Source of the DNA: Methylococcaceae bacterium | GTDB taxonomy: Bacteria; Pseudomonadota; Gammaproteobacteria; Methylococcales; Methylococcaceae | Assembly (NCBI GenBank): GCA_012026715.1 | Contig: VEPB01000473.1 | Location: 1-46,265, forward strand | Length of the DNA: 46,265 nt | Direction of reading: 5' to 3' | In this document: positions 10,186 to 19,732 of the stretch, in pieces | Layout: each line of letters starts with the position of its first letter | How positions within the stretch are numbered: position 1 is the stretch's first letter | Position numbers and translations under genes: made by a program | The notes under the pieces: model-generated | The model's database searches: none | What the model saw: the letters and a program-made list of their open reading frames with translations, nothing else | Told to the model about the DNA's origin: nothing

Positions 10186-12666
10186 GTGCGTAAGATTCCT
10201 AAATCCTTAGCGATAATGGGGCTTTTGACCCCGCTCGTTGCTCCCGTCAGCGCGGGCGCTTTAGGTATAGGAGATATCCGGCTACGGTCGAACCTGAACC
10301 AACCGCTCAACGCGGAAATTCCGCTCGTCACCTCCGGCTCCGACTCCCTCTCCGACATCAAGATTTCGTTGGCTCCGCCGGAGGCGTTCGCGAGAGCCGG
10401 CATCGAACGCCAGTATTTCCTCTCCAAGTTGAAATTTCAGGCCGTTCAAAAAGCCGACGGGTCTTACATCATACAGGTCACCTCGCAAGAGCCCATTACC
10501 GAACCGTTCCTCAACTTCCTGATGGAAGTCAATTGGCCCCAAGGCCATTTGCTCCGGGAATTTACCGCGTTGGTGGATCCGCCCGCGACCTATGAGGGTC
10601 GCACGGTCGTCAGCAACGACGCGCCCGAATTCGTCGCCCCTGCGAAACGCTTGGCCGCCGAGGAACCGCCGAAACCCGCTGCGGCGCGCCGCTCAGCAGC
10701 GGCTCCTCGCAGCAACGGCGCCGAAGCGCCCCTTCCAGCGGCAGGCAGCTATGGCCCAGTCAAGAAGGATGAAACGTTGTGGGGTATCGCCCGGTTACTG
10801 GCACGCGATACGGGCGTCGCCCCCGACCGAATGATGCAGGCGCTGTTCCAGGCCAACCCCCAGGCATTTTCACGAAACGACATCAACGCATTGAAGGCCG
10901 GCGCCACTCTTGCGATTCCCAGCAAGGACAGCATCGTCCAGGGAAGAGCGGTAAAACCGCTGGAGACCCCGCCGGAATCTACGGTTGCCTCTGCCCAGAA
11001 GCCCAAGACCAAACCACCTACACCAGCCGCTGCGCCAGAACAGGCACCCCGTGGTGAGCTGAAGCTGTATACGCCTTCGGAAACCAAGCCGGAATCGGGG
11101 ACGGGCTCGGCGCCGCCGGCGGCGACCGGAACTCCCACTGCTGGCACTCCGGCGGTCCCGGAGAAGGCTGCCGAAGCTCCCGCGGTCGACCCCCGCATTG
11201 CCGAATTGCAGCAAAAGCTGAATTCGCTGCAGGGCCAGCTGAGCATCAAGGACGAACAGATTGCGACACTGCAGGCACAACAACAGGCCAAGCAGGCTCA
11301 GCCGGTTCCGCCGCCGGTCCAGCCGCCGCCGGTGGTCGAAACGCCCGCGGCTACGCCGGCGCCATCGGCACCTCCGGTTGTTCAGGCCACGCCTGTTGTC
11401 GCACCCACAGCACCGCCGGTCGCGCAGGCGCCGCAACCACCCGTCACCCCTCCACCGGCACCGGCCAAGCAGCCGACCCCAGCGCCGGAGGCGGAAACCA
11501 ATTGGTTCAACTGGCTGCCGGACGCCTATTATCTGGAAGTCGCGGGGGCCGGAACCCTGCTGGTCGGGGCCTTGATCTGGGTTGCCGTTCGTCGTCGAGC
11601 CGCCATGCTAGACGATTTCGAAAGCATGTTTCCGCGCGATGCCCAGGAAAGCGCCTTCAGCGAAATCTATGCGCAAAAGCCGGCGGACTCCAAAATGCCC
11701 GCCCCGGAAGGCTCCAGCAGTTTCAAGAGTTCATTCCTGGTCGAATTCTCCGCCAGCGATTTCGACGCCCTGGATACCGAATCCGACGAACTGGATCCAA
11801 TCTCCGAAGCGGACGTATATCTGGCCTATGGTCGCTACAAACAAGCCGAGGAGCTGATCCGCAATGCCATCGTCCAGTTCCCGGAGCGCGACGAATGTAA
11901 GCTGAAGCTTCTGGAAATCCATTACGCCACCGAAAATCGGGAGGCATTTGAAAGCTATGCGAAGGAATTGCATGGCCTGAAGAAAGACAGCGACCCCGAG
12001 TTTTGGGGAAAAGTCATGGAAATGGGTCGGGAGCTGTGCCCCGACAGCGCGTTGTTTTATTCAAGCGACTCGTCGATTCTGCAGTTGGGGGGCAACGACT
12101 TATTCAGTCGTCCGGCCGAAGAAGCGAGATCCACCGAGTTCATTCCGCTGGGCACGGCAAGATCAACGTCTCCGGACGACGAAGAAGCAGAAATCTCAGT
12201 CGAACCGCCGCCGGTGCCAACGCCCGCCCCCCCTGCCAAACCGGATGCTGGGACGATGTTCGATTCTTTGGACTTCGGCGAGTCTGCCGAAGGACCGGAT
12301 GACTTCATCCTGGACTTTGAGGCGCCCACGGTTCCGGCCAAGACCGCAGAACCAGAGACTCCCAAGGCAAAAGAATCCGCCCCCTCCGGCAAAGCCCCGA
12401 TGGCGCTGGATTTCGACCTGGATTTCCTTTCGGCCCAGGACGAGGTGGAAGTCGAGCAAGAGACCGCACCCATCCTGGATTTCGGCGATCAGTCCTTCGA
12501 AGACCTCACAGACATGAACGAGTTGGAGACCAAGCTGGATCTTGCCAAGGCGTTCGTCGACATGGACGACGTCAGTTCCGCCCGTGAAATCCTTGAGGAG
12601 ATCGCCCAGGCAGGCAACGACGCACAAAAGAAGGAAGCACGGAGCCTGTTGGCCAAGATCGAATAA
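10186..12666 (+). CDS. fimV: FimV/HubP-family polar landmark protein (LysM, Pro-rich, TM, C-terminal FimV motif)
   Basis: GTG start with an AAAGGAG RBS. It has a signal-like N-terminus, a LysM region ('YGPVKKDETLWGIARLL...LKAGATLAIP') and a coiled coil plus P/A/V-rich tract. One TM helix ('LEVAGAGTLLVGALIWVAV'), an acidic region and a terminal 'LDLAKAFVDMDDVSSAREILEEIAQAGNDAQKKEARSLLAKI' follow. The leuB-asd-fimV synteny matches pseudomonads. Confidence 0.9.
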   Translation: MRKIPKSLAIMGLLTPLVAPVSAGALGIGDIRLRSNLNQPLNAEIPLVTSGSDSLSDIKISLAPPEAFARAGIERQYFLSKLKFQAVQKADGSYIIQVTSQEPITEPFLNFLMEVNWPQGHLLREFTALVDPPATYEGRTVVSNDAPEFVAPAKRLAAEEPPKPAAARRSAAAPRSNGAEAPLPAAGSYGPVKKDETLWGIARLLARDTGVAPDRMMQALFQANPQAFSRNDINALKAGATLAIPSKDSIVQGRAVKPLETPPESTVASAQKPKTKPPTPAAAPEQAPRGELKLYTPSETKPESGTGSAPPAATGTPTAGTPAVPEKAAEAPAVDPRIAELQQKLNSLQGQLSIKDEQIATLQAQQQAKQAQPVPPPVQPPPVVETPAATPAPSAPPVVQATPVVAPTAPPVAQAPQPPVTPPPAPAKQPTPAPEAETNWFNWLPDAYYLEVAGAGTLLVGALIWVAVRRRAAMLDDFESMFPRDAQESAFSEIYAQKPADSKMPAPEGSSSFKSSFLVEFSASDFDALDTESDELDPISEADVYLAYGRYKQAEELIRNAIVQFPERDECKLKLLEIHYATENREAFESYAKELHGLKKDSDPEFWGKVMEMGRELCPDSALFYSSDSSILQLGGNDLFSRPAEEARSTEFIPLGTARSTSPDDEEAEISVEPPPVPTPAPPAKPDAGTMFDSLDFGESAEGPDDFILDFEAPTVPAKTAEPETPKAKESAPSGKAPMALDFDLDFLSAQDEVEVEQETAPILDFGDQSFEDLTDMNELETKLDLAKAFVDMDDVSSAREILEEIAQAGNDAQKKEARSLLAKIE

Positions 12667-12679
12667 CTACTCGCCAAGA

Positions 12680-12710
12680 GGCCGGATACGGCGATTCGCC
12701 CTATCCGGCC
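12680..12710. repeat. REP-like palindrome / possible fimV terminator
   Basis: GGCCGGATA-13 nt-TATCCGGCC (9-bp perfect stem), 14 nt after the fimV stop. The sequence style (GCCGGATAcggcg...cgccCTATCCGGCC) resembles enterobacterial REP units. There is no U-tract. Confidence 0.4.
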
Positions 12711-12797
12711 GCCTTGGGAAGCAGCGCGATCCACCAATTACCTCCCCCTACCCTTGGGCGGCTCCTCGACGCAACCGCCCGACGCTCCCCGTCCCCG

Positions 12798-15575
12798 ATG
12801 CCGTCTAAACCTTTTCCGACGCCGCGCTTCCAGGTCGGCATCGATCTCGGGACCACGAATACGGTGGTCGCTTACAGTGAGCTGACTCCATCCCCGGTCA
12901 TCGAGCTTTTTCCGATCGAGCAGTTGGTTGGCCCAGGGCAAACGGCGGCCCGCCCTTCCCTTCCCTCCACCCGCTACCACCCGGCAGCTGACGAACTCCC
13001 GGAAAGCGACGTGTCCTTACCGTGGGAGCGCGGCGCGGGAGGAACGCAAACCGTGCTGGGGGAATACGCACGGGTTTTAGGCAGCAAGTCGCCGGCCCGG
13101 CAAGTCAACAGCGCCAAGAGTTGGCTGTGCCACCGCAACGTCGACCGGCTCGCGCCCATCCTGCCGTGGAATGCGCCGGAGGGAATTCCCAGGGTATCGC
13201 CAGTGGAAGCCTCGGCTTCCTATCTCGACCATGCCCGCCAAGCCTGGAACCAGCGCTATCCCGACGATCCGCTGGAACACCAGGACATCGTGTTGACCGT
13301 CCCCGCCTCCTTCGAAACCCTGGCGCGCCAGCGCACCGAGGAAGCCGCCAGGCGTGCCGGCCTCACCCGCATCCGCCTGCTGGAAGAACCGCAATCCGCT
13401 TGCTACCACTGGCTTTGGCAGCACCGCCGAACGATTGCGGAAGAACTGGCGGGGTGCCGTACCCTGCTGGTGATCGACATCGGCGGAGGCACCACGGACT
13501 TCTCCCTGGTGCAGATCCGCCACGAAGGGGCCGGGATTCACGAACTCAACCGGATCGCCGTCGGAGATCACCTGATGCTAGGCGGGGACAACATCGATCT
13601 CGCCCTCGCTCACCTGGCCGAAGGTCGACTGCAGGGCGAAGCGGCCTCCTTGTCGGCAGGACAGTTCGCCGAACTGCTAAGCCAATGCCGCACGGCCAAG
13701 GAAGCGCTGCTCCGAGCCGATGCTTCCGCAAGCCACCCGGTAACGCTGCTGGGAAGCGGCCATCGGCTGATCGGTGCCAGTCGCACGGTCCAACTCAGCG
13801 CCAAGGAAGTAGCCGAACTGGTGCTGGACGGCTTCTTCCCCAACATCACCCCGGAAGACCTACCAGCCCGCAAACGCAGCGCCGTCGTCGAATTCGGGCT
13901 GCCCTACGCCGCCGATCCCGCCATTACCAAACACATTGCCGCCTTTCTGAAGCAGCATCGCGAGACCATCGCCGGTTCCGGCGGCGGCAACCCGATCCCG
14001 GATGCGGTCCTGCTCAACGGCGGGCTGTTCCTTAGCTCGCTGTTGGCCGCTCGCGTGCTCGACATCCTCGCGCGCTGGCGCGGCCATCCGCTGAAACAGC
14101 TGCGCAACGACCATCCCGAGTTTGCCGTCGCCTTTGGCGCGGTAGCCTATGGATTGGCCCAGCGGGGATTGCTCGGGGAAAAAATCCGCAGCAGCGCCGC
14201 CCGCAGCTATTTCCTGCTGTTGGAACCCAATGCCGACGATGCCAAAGGCGTCTGCCTGCTCCCCAAGGGATCGGAGGCGGAATCCGAACAGGTACTGGCC
14301 GACCATGTGTTTGCGTTGAGTTTGGGACGGCCGGTCAGTTTCCGCCTCGTCAGCACCAACGATGAAACGGCTTATCGGCTGGGCCAGGTGGTCGCCGTCG
14401 ACCCTGAACGGTTCAGTCCGCTGCCGCCGCTGACCCTGGCCCTGCAGGCCACAGGCGACTGCGAAGCCACGGTGCGCCTGGCCGCCACGATCACCGAACT
14501 GGGCGACCTCAAGGTCCAGTGTATCGAACAGGCCGAACCCGCCCGGCATTGGGAACTGCTGTTCCAGCTGGAAACGGACTCCGTCGCCCCGCTTCCGAGT
14601 TCCGGCAGCCAACCGCTCGTCGACGAAGCCGCGGTCTTGATCGGGATGGTTTTCGGCAAAAAAAGCAAGACCGTTGATCCCAAGCGGGTGAAGAGCCTCC
14701 GCACCGATCTGGAAAAGCGGTTCGGCAAGCGCGCCGACTGGCCCCTGCCGGTGCTGCGGGGACAGTTTGATGCCTTGATGCAAGGAGCTGGATTCCGCCG
14801 GCGTTCCGCGGATCACGAAAAGCTCTGGCTCAATCTGGCCGGATATTGCCTGAGGCCCGGACATGGCGCCCCGCTGGACGAATGGCGCATCGATCAGCTT
14901 TGGCCGATTTACGCCCAAGGCATTCAACACGTGGGCGACGCCCAAGTCTGGTCCGAATGGTGGACCCTCTGGCGGCGCGCCGCCGCCGGACTGGATGCCG
15001 AAGCCCAACAGCGCCTGTTTGCCGATCTCGCCCCCTACATCGCCCCCAAGGCGGCCAAACGCGGCAAGACCGGAGAATTGGCCCGCAAGCGGGGCTACGA
15101 GGATATGCTGCGGCTGGCCGGCAGCCTGGAACGGCTACCGGCCGCGACCAAAACCGAGTTGGGCGACTGGCTGCTGCAACGGCTGGCCAAGCCCGGCGAA
15201 CCTGAGGTGTCCTGGTGGTCGCTGGGTCGCGTCGGTACCCGGATGCCGCTTTATGGCAGCGCCCATGAGGTGGTCGCGGCCGCGACCGCGGAACGATGGC
15301 TGCAGGATCTGCTGCCGCTGGATTGGAAAAAGACCGCCGCCGCCGGATTTGGCGCCGCCCTGATCGCCCGCATGTCGGGCGACCGCGCGCGCGACATCGA
15401 GGACAGCCTGCGGAAGGCGGTGATCGGGAAACTGCAGGACAGCAAATGCCCCCGCAGCTGGCTCGACATGGTGAACCGGGTGGCCGAACTGACCGAAACC
15501 GACGTCCGCCAGGCTTACGGCGAAGCCTTGCCGGCGGGACTTCGGCTGCTGCCTCCGCAATCCCGGCAAGCCTGA
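12798..15575 (+). CDS. large Hsp70/actin-fold ATPase family protein with ~500-aa non-canonical C-terminal extension
   Basis: ATG 12798 (MPSKPFPTPRFQVGIDLGTTNTVVAY), about 925 aa. Hsp70 phosphate-1 'GIDLGTTNT' and phosphate-2 'LVIDIGGGTTDFSLV' are present, plus 'AVLLNGGLF'. I could not find a canonical DnaK substrate-binding domain or an EEVD tail. Confidence 0.85.
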   Translation: MPSKPFPTPRFQVGIDLGTTNTVVAYSELTPSPVIELFPIEQLVGPGQTAARPSLPSTRYHPAADELPESDVSLPWERGAGGTQTVLGEYARVLGSKSPARQVNSAKSWLCHRNVDRLAPILPWNAPEGIPRVSPVEASASYLDHARQAWNQRYPDDPLEHQDIVLTVPASFETLARQRTEEAARRAGLTRIRLLEEPQSACYHWLWQHRRTIAEELAGCRTLLVIDIGGGTTDFSLVQIRHEGAGIHELNRIAVGDHLMLGGDNIDLALAHLAEGRLQGEAASLSAGQFAELLSQCRTAKEALLRADASASHPVTLLGSGHRLIGASRTVQLSAKEVAELVLDGFFPNITPEDLPARKRSAVVEFGLPYAADPAITKHIAAFLKQHRETIAGSGGGNPIPDAVLLNGGLFLSSLLAARVLDILARWRGHPLKQLRNDHPEFAVAFGAVAYGLAQRGLLGEKIRSSAARSYFLLLEPNADDAKGVCLLPKGSEAESEQVLADHVFALSLGRPVSFRLVSTNDETAYRLGQVVAVDPERFSPLPPLTLALQATGDCEATVRLAATITELGDLKVQCIEQAEPARHWELLFQLETDSVAPLPSSGSQPLVDEAAVLIGMVFGKKSKTVDPKRVKSLRTDLEKRFGKRADWPLPVLRGQFDALMQGAGFRRRSADHEKLWLNLAGYCLRPGHGAPLDEWRIDQLWPIYAQGIQHVGDAQVWSEWWTLWRRAAAGLDAEAQQRLFADLAPYIAPKAAKRGKTGELARKRGYEDMLRLAGSLERLPAATKTELGDWLLQRLAKPGEPEVSWWSLGRVGTRMPLYGSAHEVVAAATAERWLQDLLPLDWKKTAAAGFGAALIARMSGDRARDIEDSLRKAVIGKLQDSKCPRSWLDMVNRVAELTETDVRQAYGEALPAGLRLLPPQSRQA

Positions 15576-15598
15576 CCCACGATCAGCGCACTTCAGTG

Positions 15599-17548
15599 TC
15601 AGTGGGTGGAAGCCGTCTCCCCCACCCGGGCCGCGATGCCGTAGTGGGCGATCTTCTTGTACAGCGTGGAGCGGGTGATGCCGAGGATGCGGGCGGAGCG
15701 GGTGATGTTGCCGTTGCAGGCGGTCAGGGTCGCTTCAATCACCTCCGACTCCCATTCCGCGAGGGATCGCAAAGGCTCCGGTGCCGGCCGGCCCGAATCA
15801 GGTGGCGGCAGGCTGAACCGCGTTCCGGCAGGCATTGATTCCAACTCGTCAAAAAAATCCTGCGGCAGGTCCTCCAGCCGGATGTGGACCGCGTCCGTCA
15901 GCGGCAACGAACTACGGATGACGTTGGACAATTGCCTGACATTCCCTGGCCACGGATGCCGCAGAAACAGCTCCTTCACCTCATCGGCCAGCCGAATGCC
16001 GCTTGCCAGCCCGGCCGCTTCCAGCTCCCGCCGCAAGATGCCGTCGATGACATCCGCCTTGTCCTCGCGTTCCCGCAACGGCGGCAAGGTCAGCTGCGCC
16101 CCGTTGAGTCGGTAGTAGAGGTCGCGCCGGAACCGGCCCGCGCGGACCGCCTCCTGGATCGGCACGTTGGTGGCGGCGAAGATCTGTACGTCGACCTTCA
16201 CCGGACGGTTCGCGCCGATGGGGAAGAATTCCGAATTTTCCAGAACCCGAAGCAGGACGGCCTGCAAGTCCAGGCTCATATCGCCGATCTCGCCGAGGAA
16301 CAGGACCCCCTTGTCGGCCAGCAGAAATTTGCCCGGCTTGCCTTCCCGGCTGGCCCCGGTGAAGCTACCCCCGGCATAGCCGAACAACTCACTATCGATC
16401 AACTCGCGCGGCAGCGAGGCGCAGTTGAGGGCAATGAACGGACCGGACCGGCGTGGGCCGGCCTCGTAAGCCCGCCGAACCAGATATTCCTTGCCGGCGC
16501 CGGACTCGCCCATCACCAGGACTGGGATGCGGCGCTGCTGATAGCGTACCGCCCGTTCCAGCAACACCTCCGCGACCGCCGGCCGCTGAGCGCTCACCTG
16601 AACCTGACGCACATAGGCCACGCGCGACTGCCCCGCGAGCGCCGCCTGCGCCGAATTGCCCCCATCATCCTGTCCACGCGGCTCCAGCAGCGACGCCAGG
16701 GCAGCTGCACGTCCTCCCGGCGATTCGCCGGCATCGCGGGGCACGGCGAGCATGCGATGCTCCGCATCGCCCAGAAGAGGTCCGTCGCCTTGGCGGGCTG
16801 TCCCATCGTGACCGCAAGCCGAGCGCACTCGTACTGGCCGGGCTTGAGAGAAACCGCATTTGAGCAACCCCTCCTCGACGCGGGATCCCACCATGCACAT
16901 GAGGAACTTGAGCAAGCCTGGGCTGATCTCGCGGTCGCTGAGCAGACCGACCACGGCGATCAAACGGCCGTCCTCGGCGAAGACGGGATAGCCGGCGGTG
17001 GCGTAAGGATGCAGCAACGGCAAGTAGTGCTCTTCGCCACAGAAGGCGATGGGGGCGCCAGTTACGGCGGCGGAACCGACACCATTGTTACCGATCACCG
17101 CCTCGCTCCAATCGGCGTCGCCAGCGCGCAGCTGGAGCGCCGCCGGGCAGTGGCGCAGGGCTTCGCCCCGCCGACTCAGCAAGCGGCAACGGGCATCCGC
17201 AAGACATAGGGTGAGACCGGACGCGGGCGCCAGGTCGGCACCCACCTGATCGAGCAAAGTCTCTAAGCCATGCAGACGGGAGCGGTCATGATCCGGAGCG
17301 GCGAATACCAGCCGCCGTAACGCCGCCATTCGGTCCGCCAACTTAAATGACAGCGGGTAATCCTCCAGACAGCGTTGCCAGGAGGTTGCCACTTCGCCGC
17401 GCACCCAGTCGTCAGGCGCCGGCACCTGCAGCGTCTGGTGCATCCATTCCCACGCCTGGCGTGGACGGTAGAGCGGAGCAACGGTATCGTCGGAATCTCC
17501 CGGCAGGGTTGAGGCCGACCGAGGATCGGCTGAAACATCGGTAGTCAT
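15599..17548 (-). CDS. sigma-54-dependent transcriptional activator (AcoR-like: N-terminal domain + GAF-like + AAA+ + Fis HTH)
   Basis: ATG at 17548 (MTTDVSADPR). Walker A 'GESGAGKE', 'GSFTGA' (GAFTGA variant), 'GVLFLGEIGDM' and a C-terminal 'NITRSARILGITRSTLYKKI'. The GAF-like 'IGNNGVGSAAVTGAPIAFCGEEHY' is typical of AcoR-type regulators, not NifA. Confidence 0.9.
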   Translation of the reverse strand: MTTDVSADPRSASTLPGDSDDTVAPLYRPRQAWEWMHQTLQVPAPDDWVRGEVATSWQRCLEDYPLSFKLADRMAALRRLVFAAPDHDRSRLHGLETLLDQVGADLAPASGLTLCLADARCRLLSRRGEALRHCPAALQLRAGDADWSEAVIGNNGVGSAAVTGAPIAFCGEEHYLPLLHPYATAGYPVFAEDGRLIAVVGLLSDREISPGLLKFLMCMVGSRVEEGLLKCGFSQARPVRVRSACGHDGTARQGDGPLLGDAEHRMLAVPRDAGESPGGRAAALASLLEPRGQDDGGNSAQAALAGQSRVAYVRQVQVSAQRPAVAEVLLERAVRYQQRRIPVLVMGESGAGKEYLVRRAYEAGPRRSGPFIALNCASLPRELIDSELFGYAGGSFTGASREGKPGKFLLADKGVLFLGEIGDMSLDLQAVLLRVLENSEFFPIGANRPVKVDVQIFAATNVPIQEAVRAGRFRRDLYYRLNGAQLTLPPLREREDKADVIDGILRRELEAAGLASGIRLADEVKELFLRHPWPGNVRQLSNVIRSSLPLTDAVHIRLEDLPQDFFDELESMPAGTRFSLPPPDSGRPAPEPLRSLAEWESEVIEATLTACNGNITRSARILGITRSTLYKKIAHYGIAARVGETASTH

Positions 17549-17944
17549 CGGTATGGGAATTCCCTGATTGGCGCAGCATCGAGCCGCAGCATTCAAACGC
17601 CCATAACCTCTCATTCGCCGCCAGAGAGCCGCGGCTTGGTGGCCGAACACCGGGGACTCCGGTGGGCCTTATTGTGTCGGGAAAAGTTAGTTTTCGCGGG
17701 ATCTTAAGACAATGCGTCATATTGCCGCATAACCACTGCGGCTTCCGTAACTTGGTGCGGTTTTGCAATCCCTTGCGATTGGCTACAATGCTCGCCCGGA
17801 GCCGCGGAGCGTGACCCCACCCTCCCATCCGCAGGCCGCCTACCCGGCCTTCGCCAACGTGCCAGTCGTCCTCGGACGGCGCTGAAGCGCCGCTCCAGTA
17901 ATCGCCGGACCCACCGACACCCACAGTAAATCCTAAGGAGTTCC

Positions 17945-18460
17945 ATGAGCCGAGCTTTCGTCAAAGAAAACGACGCCGATACGGCAAGCATTGCACTACC
18001 GGAGCGGCCCCGCACCGCCCATACCAACTACGTGACCGCCGCTGGACTGGCCGCCTTGAAAGCCCAGTTCCTGACACTGCTGGACAGCCGCAGCGAACTC
18101 AGCGCGCGCGAGGATATGGAAAGCAGGCAGCAGAGCCAGACCGTGGAAAGGGATCTGCGTTACCTGCAGGACCGGCTGGAGTCGGCGATCCTGGTGAACC
18201 CGGACACCCAACCGGCCGACCGGGTTCATTTCGGCTCGACGGTCCACGTGGTGGACGAGGCTGACCGGCGCCATATCTTCCAGATCGTCGGCGAGGACGA
18301 AGCGGACGTGACACGGGGCAAGATCAGTTGGTTCTCTCCGCTGTCCAAGGCCTTGCTGGATGCCCAGGTGGGCGATGTGGTGACCTGGCGGCGACCGGCA
18401 GGCGACATGGAACTGGAAGTGGTCGCCATCATCAAGCAGGTCGCGTCTGCCGATGGCTGA
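17945..18460 (+). CDS. GreA/GreB-family transcription elongation factor-like protein
   Basis: 171 aa with an AAGGAG RBS. It has an N-terminal coiled coil. The C-terminal domain 'GKISWFSPLSKALLDAQVGDVVTW' matches the Gre C-terminal signature (IS..SP....LLG...GD.V). Confidence 0.8.
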   Translation: MSRAFVKENDADTASIALPERPRTAHTNYVTAAGLAALKAQFLTLLDSRSELSAREDMESRQQSQTVERDLRYLQDRLESAILVNPDTQPADRVHFGSTVHVVDEADRRHIFQIVGEDEADVTRGKISWFSPLSKALLDAQVGDVVTWRRPAGDMELEVVAIIKQVASADG

Positions 18461-19196
18461 CGCGGTCACCGGCATGGACGGCGGCACCGCCATCGACTAC
18501 CGCTTGCGGCGCAGCGGCCGGGCCAAGCGGGTACGGCTGGTGGTGAGGGCCAACGGCATCGAGCTCATCGTGCCGTCGGCGGTGTCCGAATCCGCCGCTC
18601 TAGCCTTCCTCCACCACCACCGCGACTGGGCCGAAACCAAGGTCTGCGAATTCCGCCGCAATCTGGCGGCGCTGCCACCTGCGCGGAGTTTCTGCGACTA
18701 CACCACCCTGCCTTGGCAAGGCCGCGAACTTCCGTTGCGAATTACCGAGCACTTTGGCCCCAGGGCCAAAGTGGCGGTGGGCGATACCGTCCACATCACG
18801 CTTCCGGAAGGCCTGAACACCCGGGACGAAGCGGCCCGCCGAGCGTTCCATCTGTGGGTCCGGCCCCGCCTTGCCGCCACGGTGGCCCAATTGACAGCCG
18901 ACCTGGCCCCGGCGCTCGGCGCCCGGCCACGCCAGATCAGGATCAAGACGATGAAGACCCGCTGGGGCAGCTGCGGCCCCCTCAACGACATCAACATCAA
19001 CTGGCTGTTGGCGCTGGCGCCCCAGGAAGTGTTGCGTTACGTGGTGATCCACGAACTCTGCCACATCCACCAGCGCAATCATTCCGCCGCATTCTGGGCA
19101 TTAGTGGCCCGCGGCTGTCCCGACTTCCGCAACCACCGGCAGTGGCTGCGCACCCATGGGCCGGAACTGATCCGGCGCTTCACGCCGACCACCTGA
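18453..19196 (+). CDS. M48-family / YgjP-like (DUF45) zinc metallopeptidase
   Basis: 'RWGSCGPLNDININWLL' and the HExxH site 'VIHELCHIHQRNHS'. ATG 18453 overlaps the upstream stop; ATG 18474 is an alternative start. Confidence 0.85.
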   Translation: MADAVTGMDGGTAIDYRLRRSGRAKRVRLVVRANGIELIVPSAVSESAALAFLHHHRDWAETKVCEFRRNLAALPPARSFCDYTTLPWQGRELPLRITEHFGPRAKVAVGDTVHITLPEGLNTRDEAARRAFHLWVRPRLAATVAQLTADLAPALGARPRQIRIKTMKTRWGSCGPLNDININWLLALAPQEVLRYVVIHELCHIHQRNHSAAFWALVARGCPDFRNHRQWLRTHGPELIRRFTPTT

Positions 19197-19687
19197 TGCC
19201 GCACCGGATTCGCCAACTGTTGCCATGGGCGGGGTTCCTGGCGGCGTATCTGGCACTGCAACTGTTTGTCGGCTACCGCGCTCCCGCGGGACCGCCGCCG
19301 TTACTGGCGGGTACCAGCCTGAGCGGGACGGCCATTGACTTGTCGCAGCTGCGAGGACGGCCCGCGCTGATCTACTTCTGGGCCAGCTGGTGCGGTATCT
19401 GCCGCGGCATGCAGCACAACATCGTGGCCGTTGCCCATGGACACCCGGTCATCACCGTCGCGATGCAGTCCGGAAACGTGATGGAGGTCGCCCGTTACCA
19501 GGACGAACACGACTTTCACCCCCCTACCCTGCTCGACGAAGCCGGAGACATCGCCTACCGCTATGGCGTCCACGGCGTTCCGGCGATCTTTGTGCTGGAC
19601 CCAAACGGCCAGATCCGTTTTTCGTCCAGCGGCTACCAGACCGAACTGGGCATGCGATTACGGCTCTGGCTTGCCGAAACGCTCTGA
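19196..19687 (+). CDS. TlpA/ResA-like thiol:disulfide oxidoreductase (membrane-anchored thioredoxin fold)
   Basis: ATG 19196 overlaps the upstream TGA (ATGA), 163 aa. An N-terminal TM helix is followed by the 'ALIYFWASWCGICRG' CxxC motif and 'GVPAIFVLDPNGQI'. The upstream part of track ORF 18713..19687 is spurious. Confidence 0.85.
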   Translation: MPHRIRQLLPWAGFLAAYLALQLFVGYRAPAGPPPLLAGTSLSGTAIDLSQLRGRPALIYFWASWCGICRGMQHNIVAVAHGHPVITVAMQSGNVMEVARYQDEHDFHPPTLLDEAGDIAYRYGVHGVPAIFVLDPNGQIRFSSSGYQTELGMRLRLWLAETL

Positions 19688-19732
19688 ACAGAACGACAAA
19701 CCAGCCACCCTCCCGCCGATGGGGAGGCGCAG

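Noticed and set aside
10749-11436. 180-188-aa ORFs antisense or in alternative frames within the Pro/Ala-rich region of fimV
   Set aside because: The low-complexity GC-rich repeat region keeps all frames open. Their products are Arg/Cys/Ser-rich nonsense.
13860-15008. 382-aa minus-strand ORF inside the Hsp70-like gene. Similar long antisense or alternative-frame ORFs lie at 4284-5135, 8055-8945, 15884-17209, 21296-22099 and 24212-25249.
   Set aside because: Each overlaps a gene with strong family motifs on the other strand or frame. Each has Gly/Arg/His/Asp-rich composition and no RBS. Such ORFs are expected in DNA above 60% G+C.
17753-17768. sigma-54-like TGGTGC-ggttt-TGCAA upstream of the Gre-family gene
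   Set aside because: The GG-to-GC spacing is 9 nt rather than the strictly conserved 10 nt. The same bases can be read as a weak sigma-70 -35 (TTGCAA) with TACAAT at 17784-17789, but the 15-nt spacer is too short to call either with confidence.
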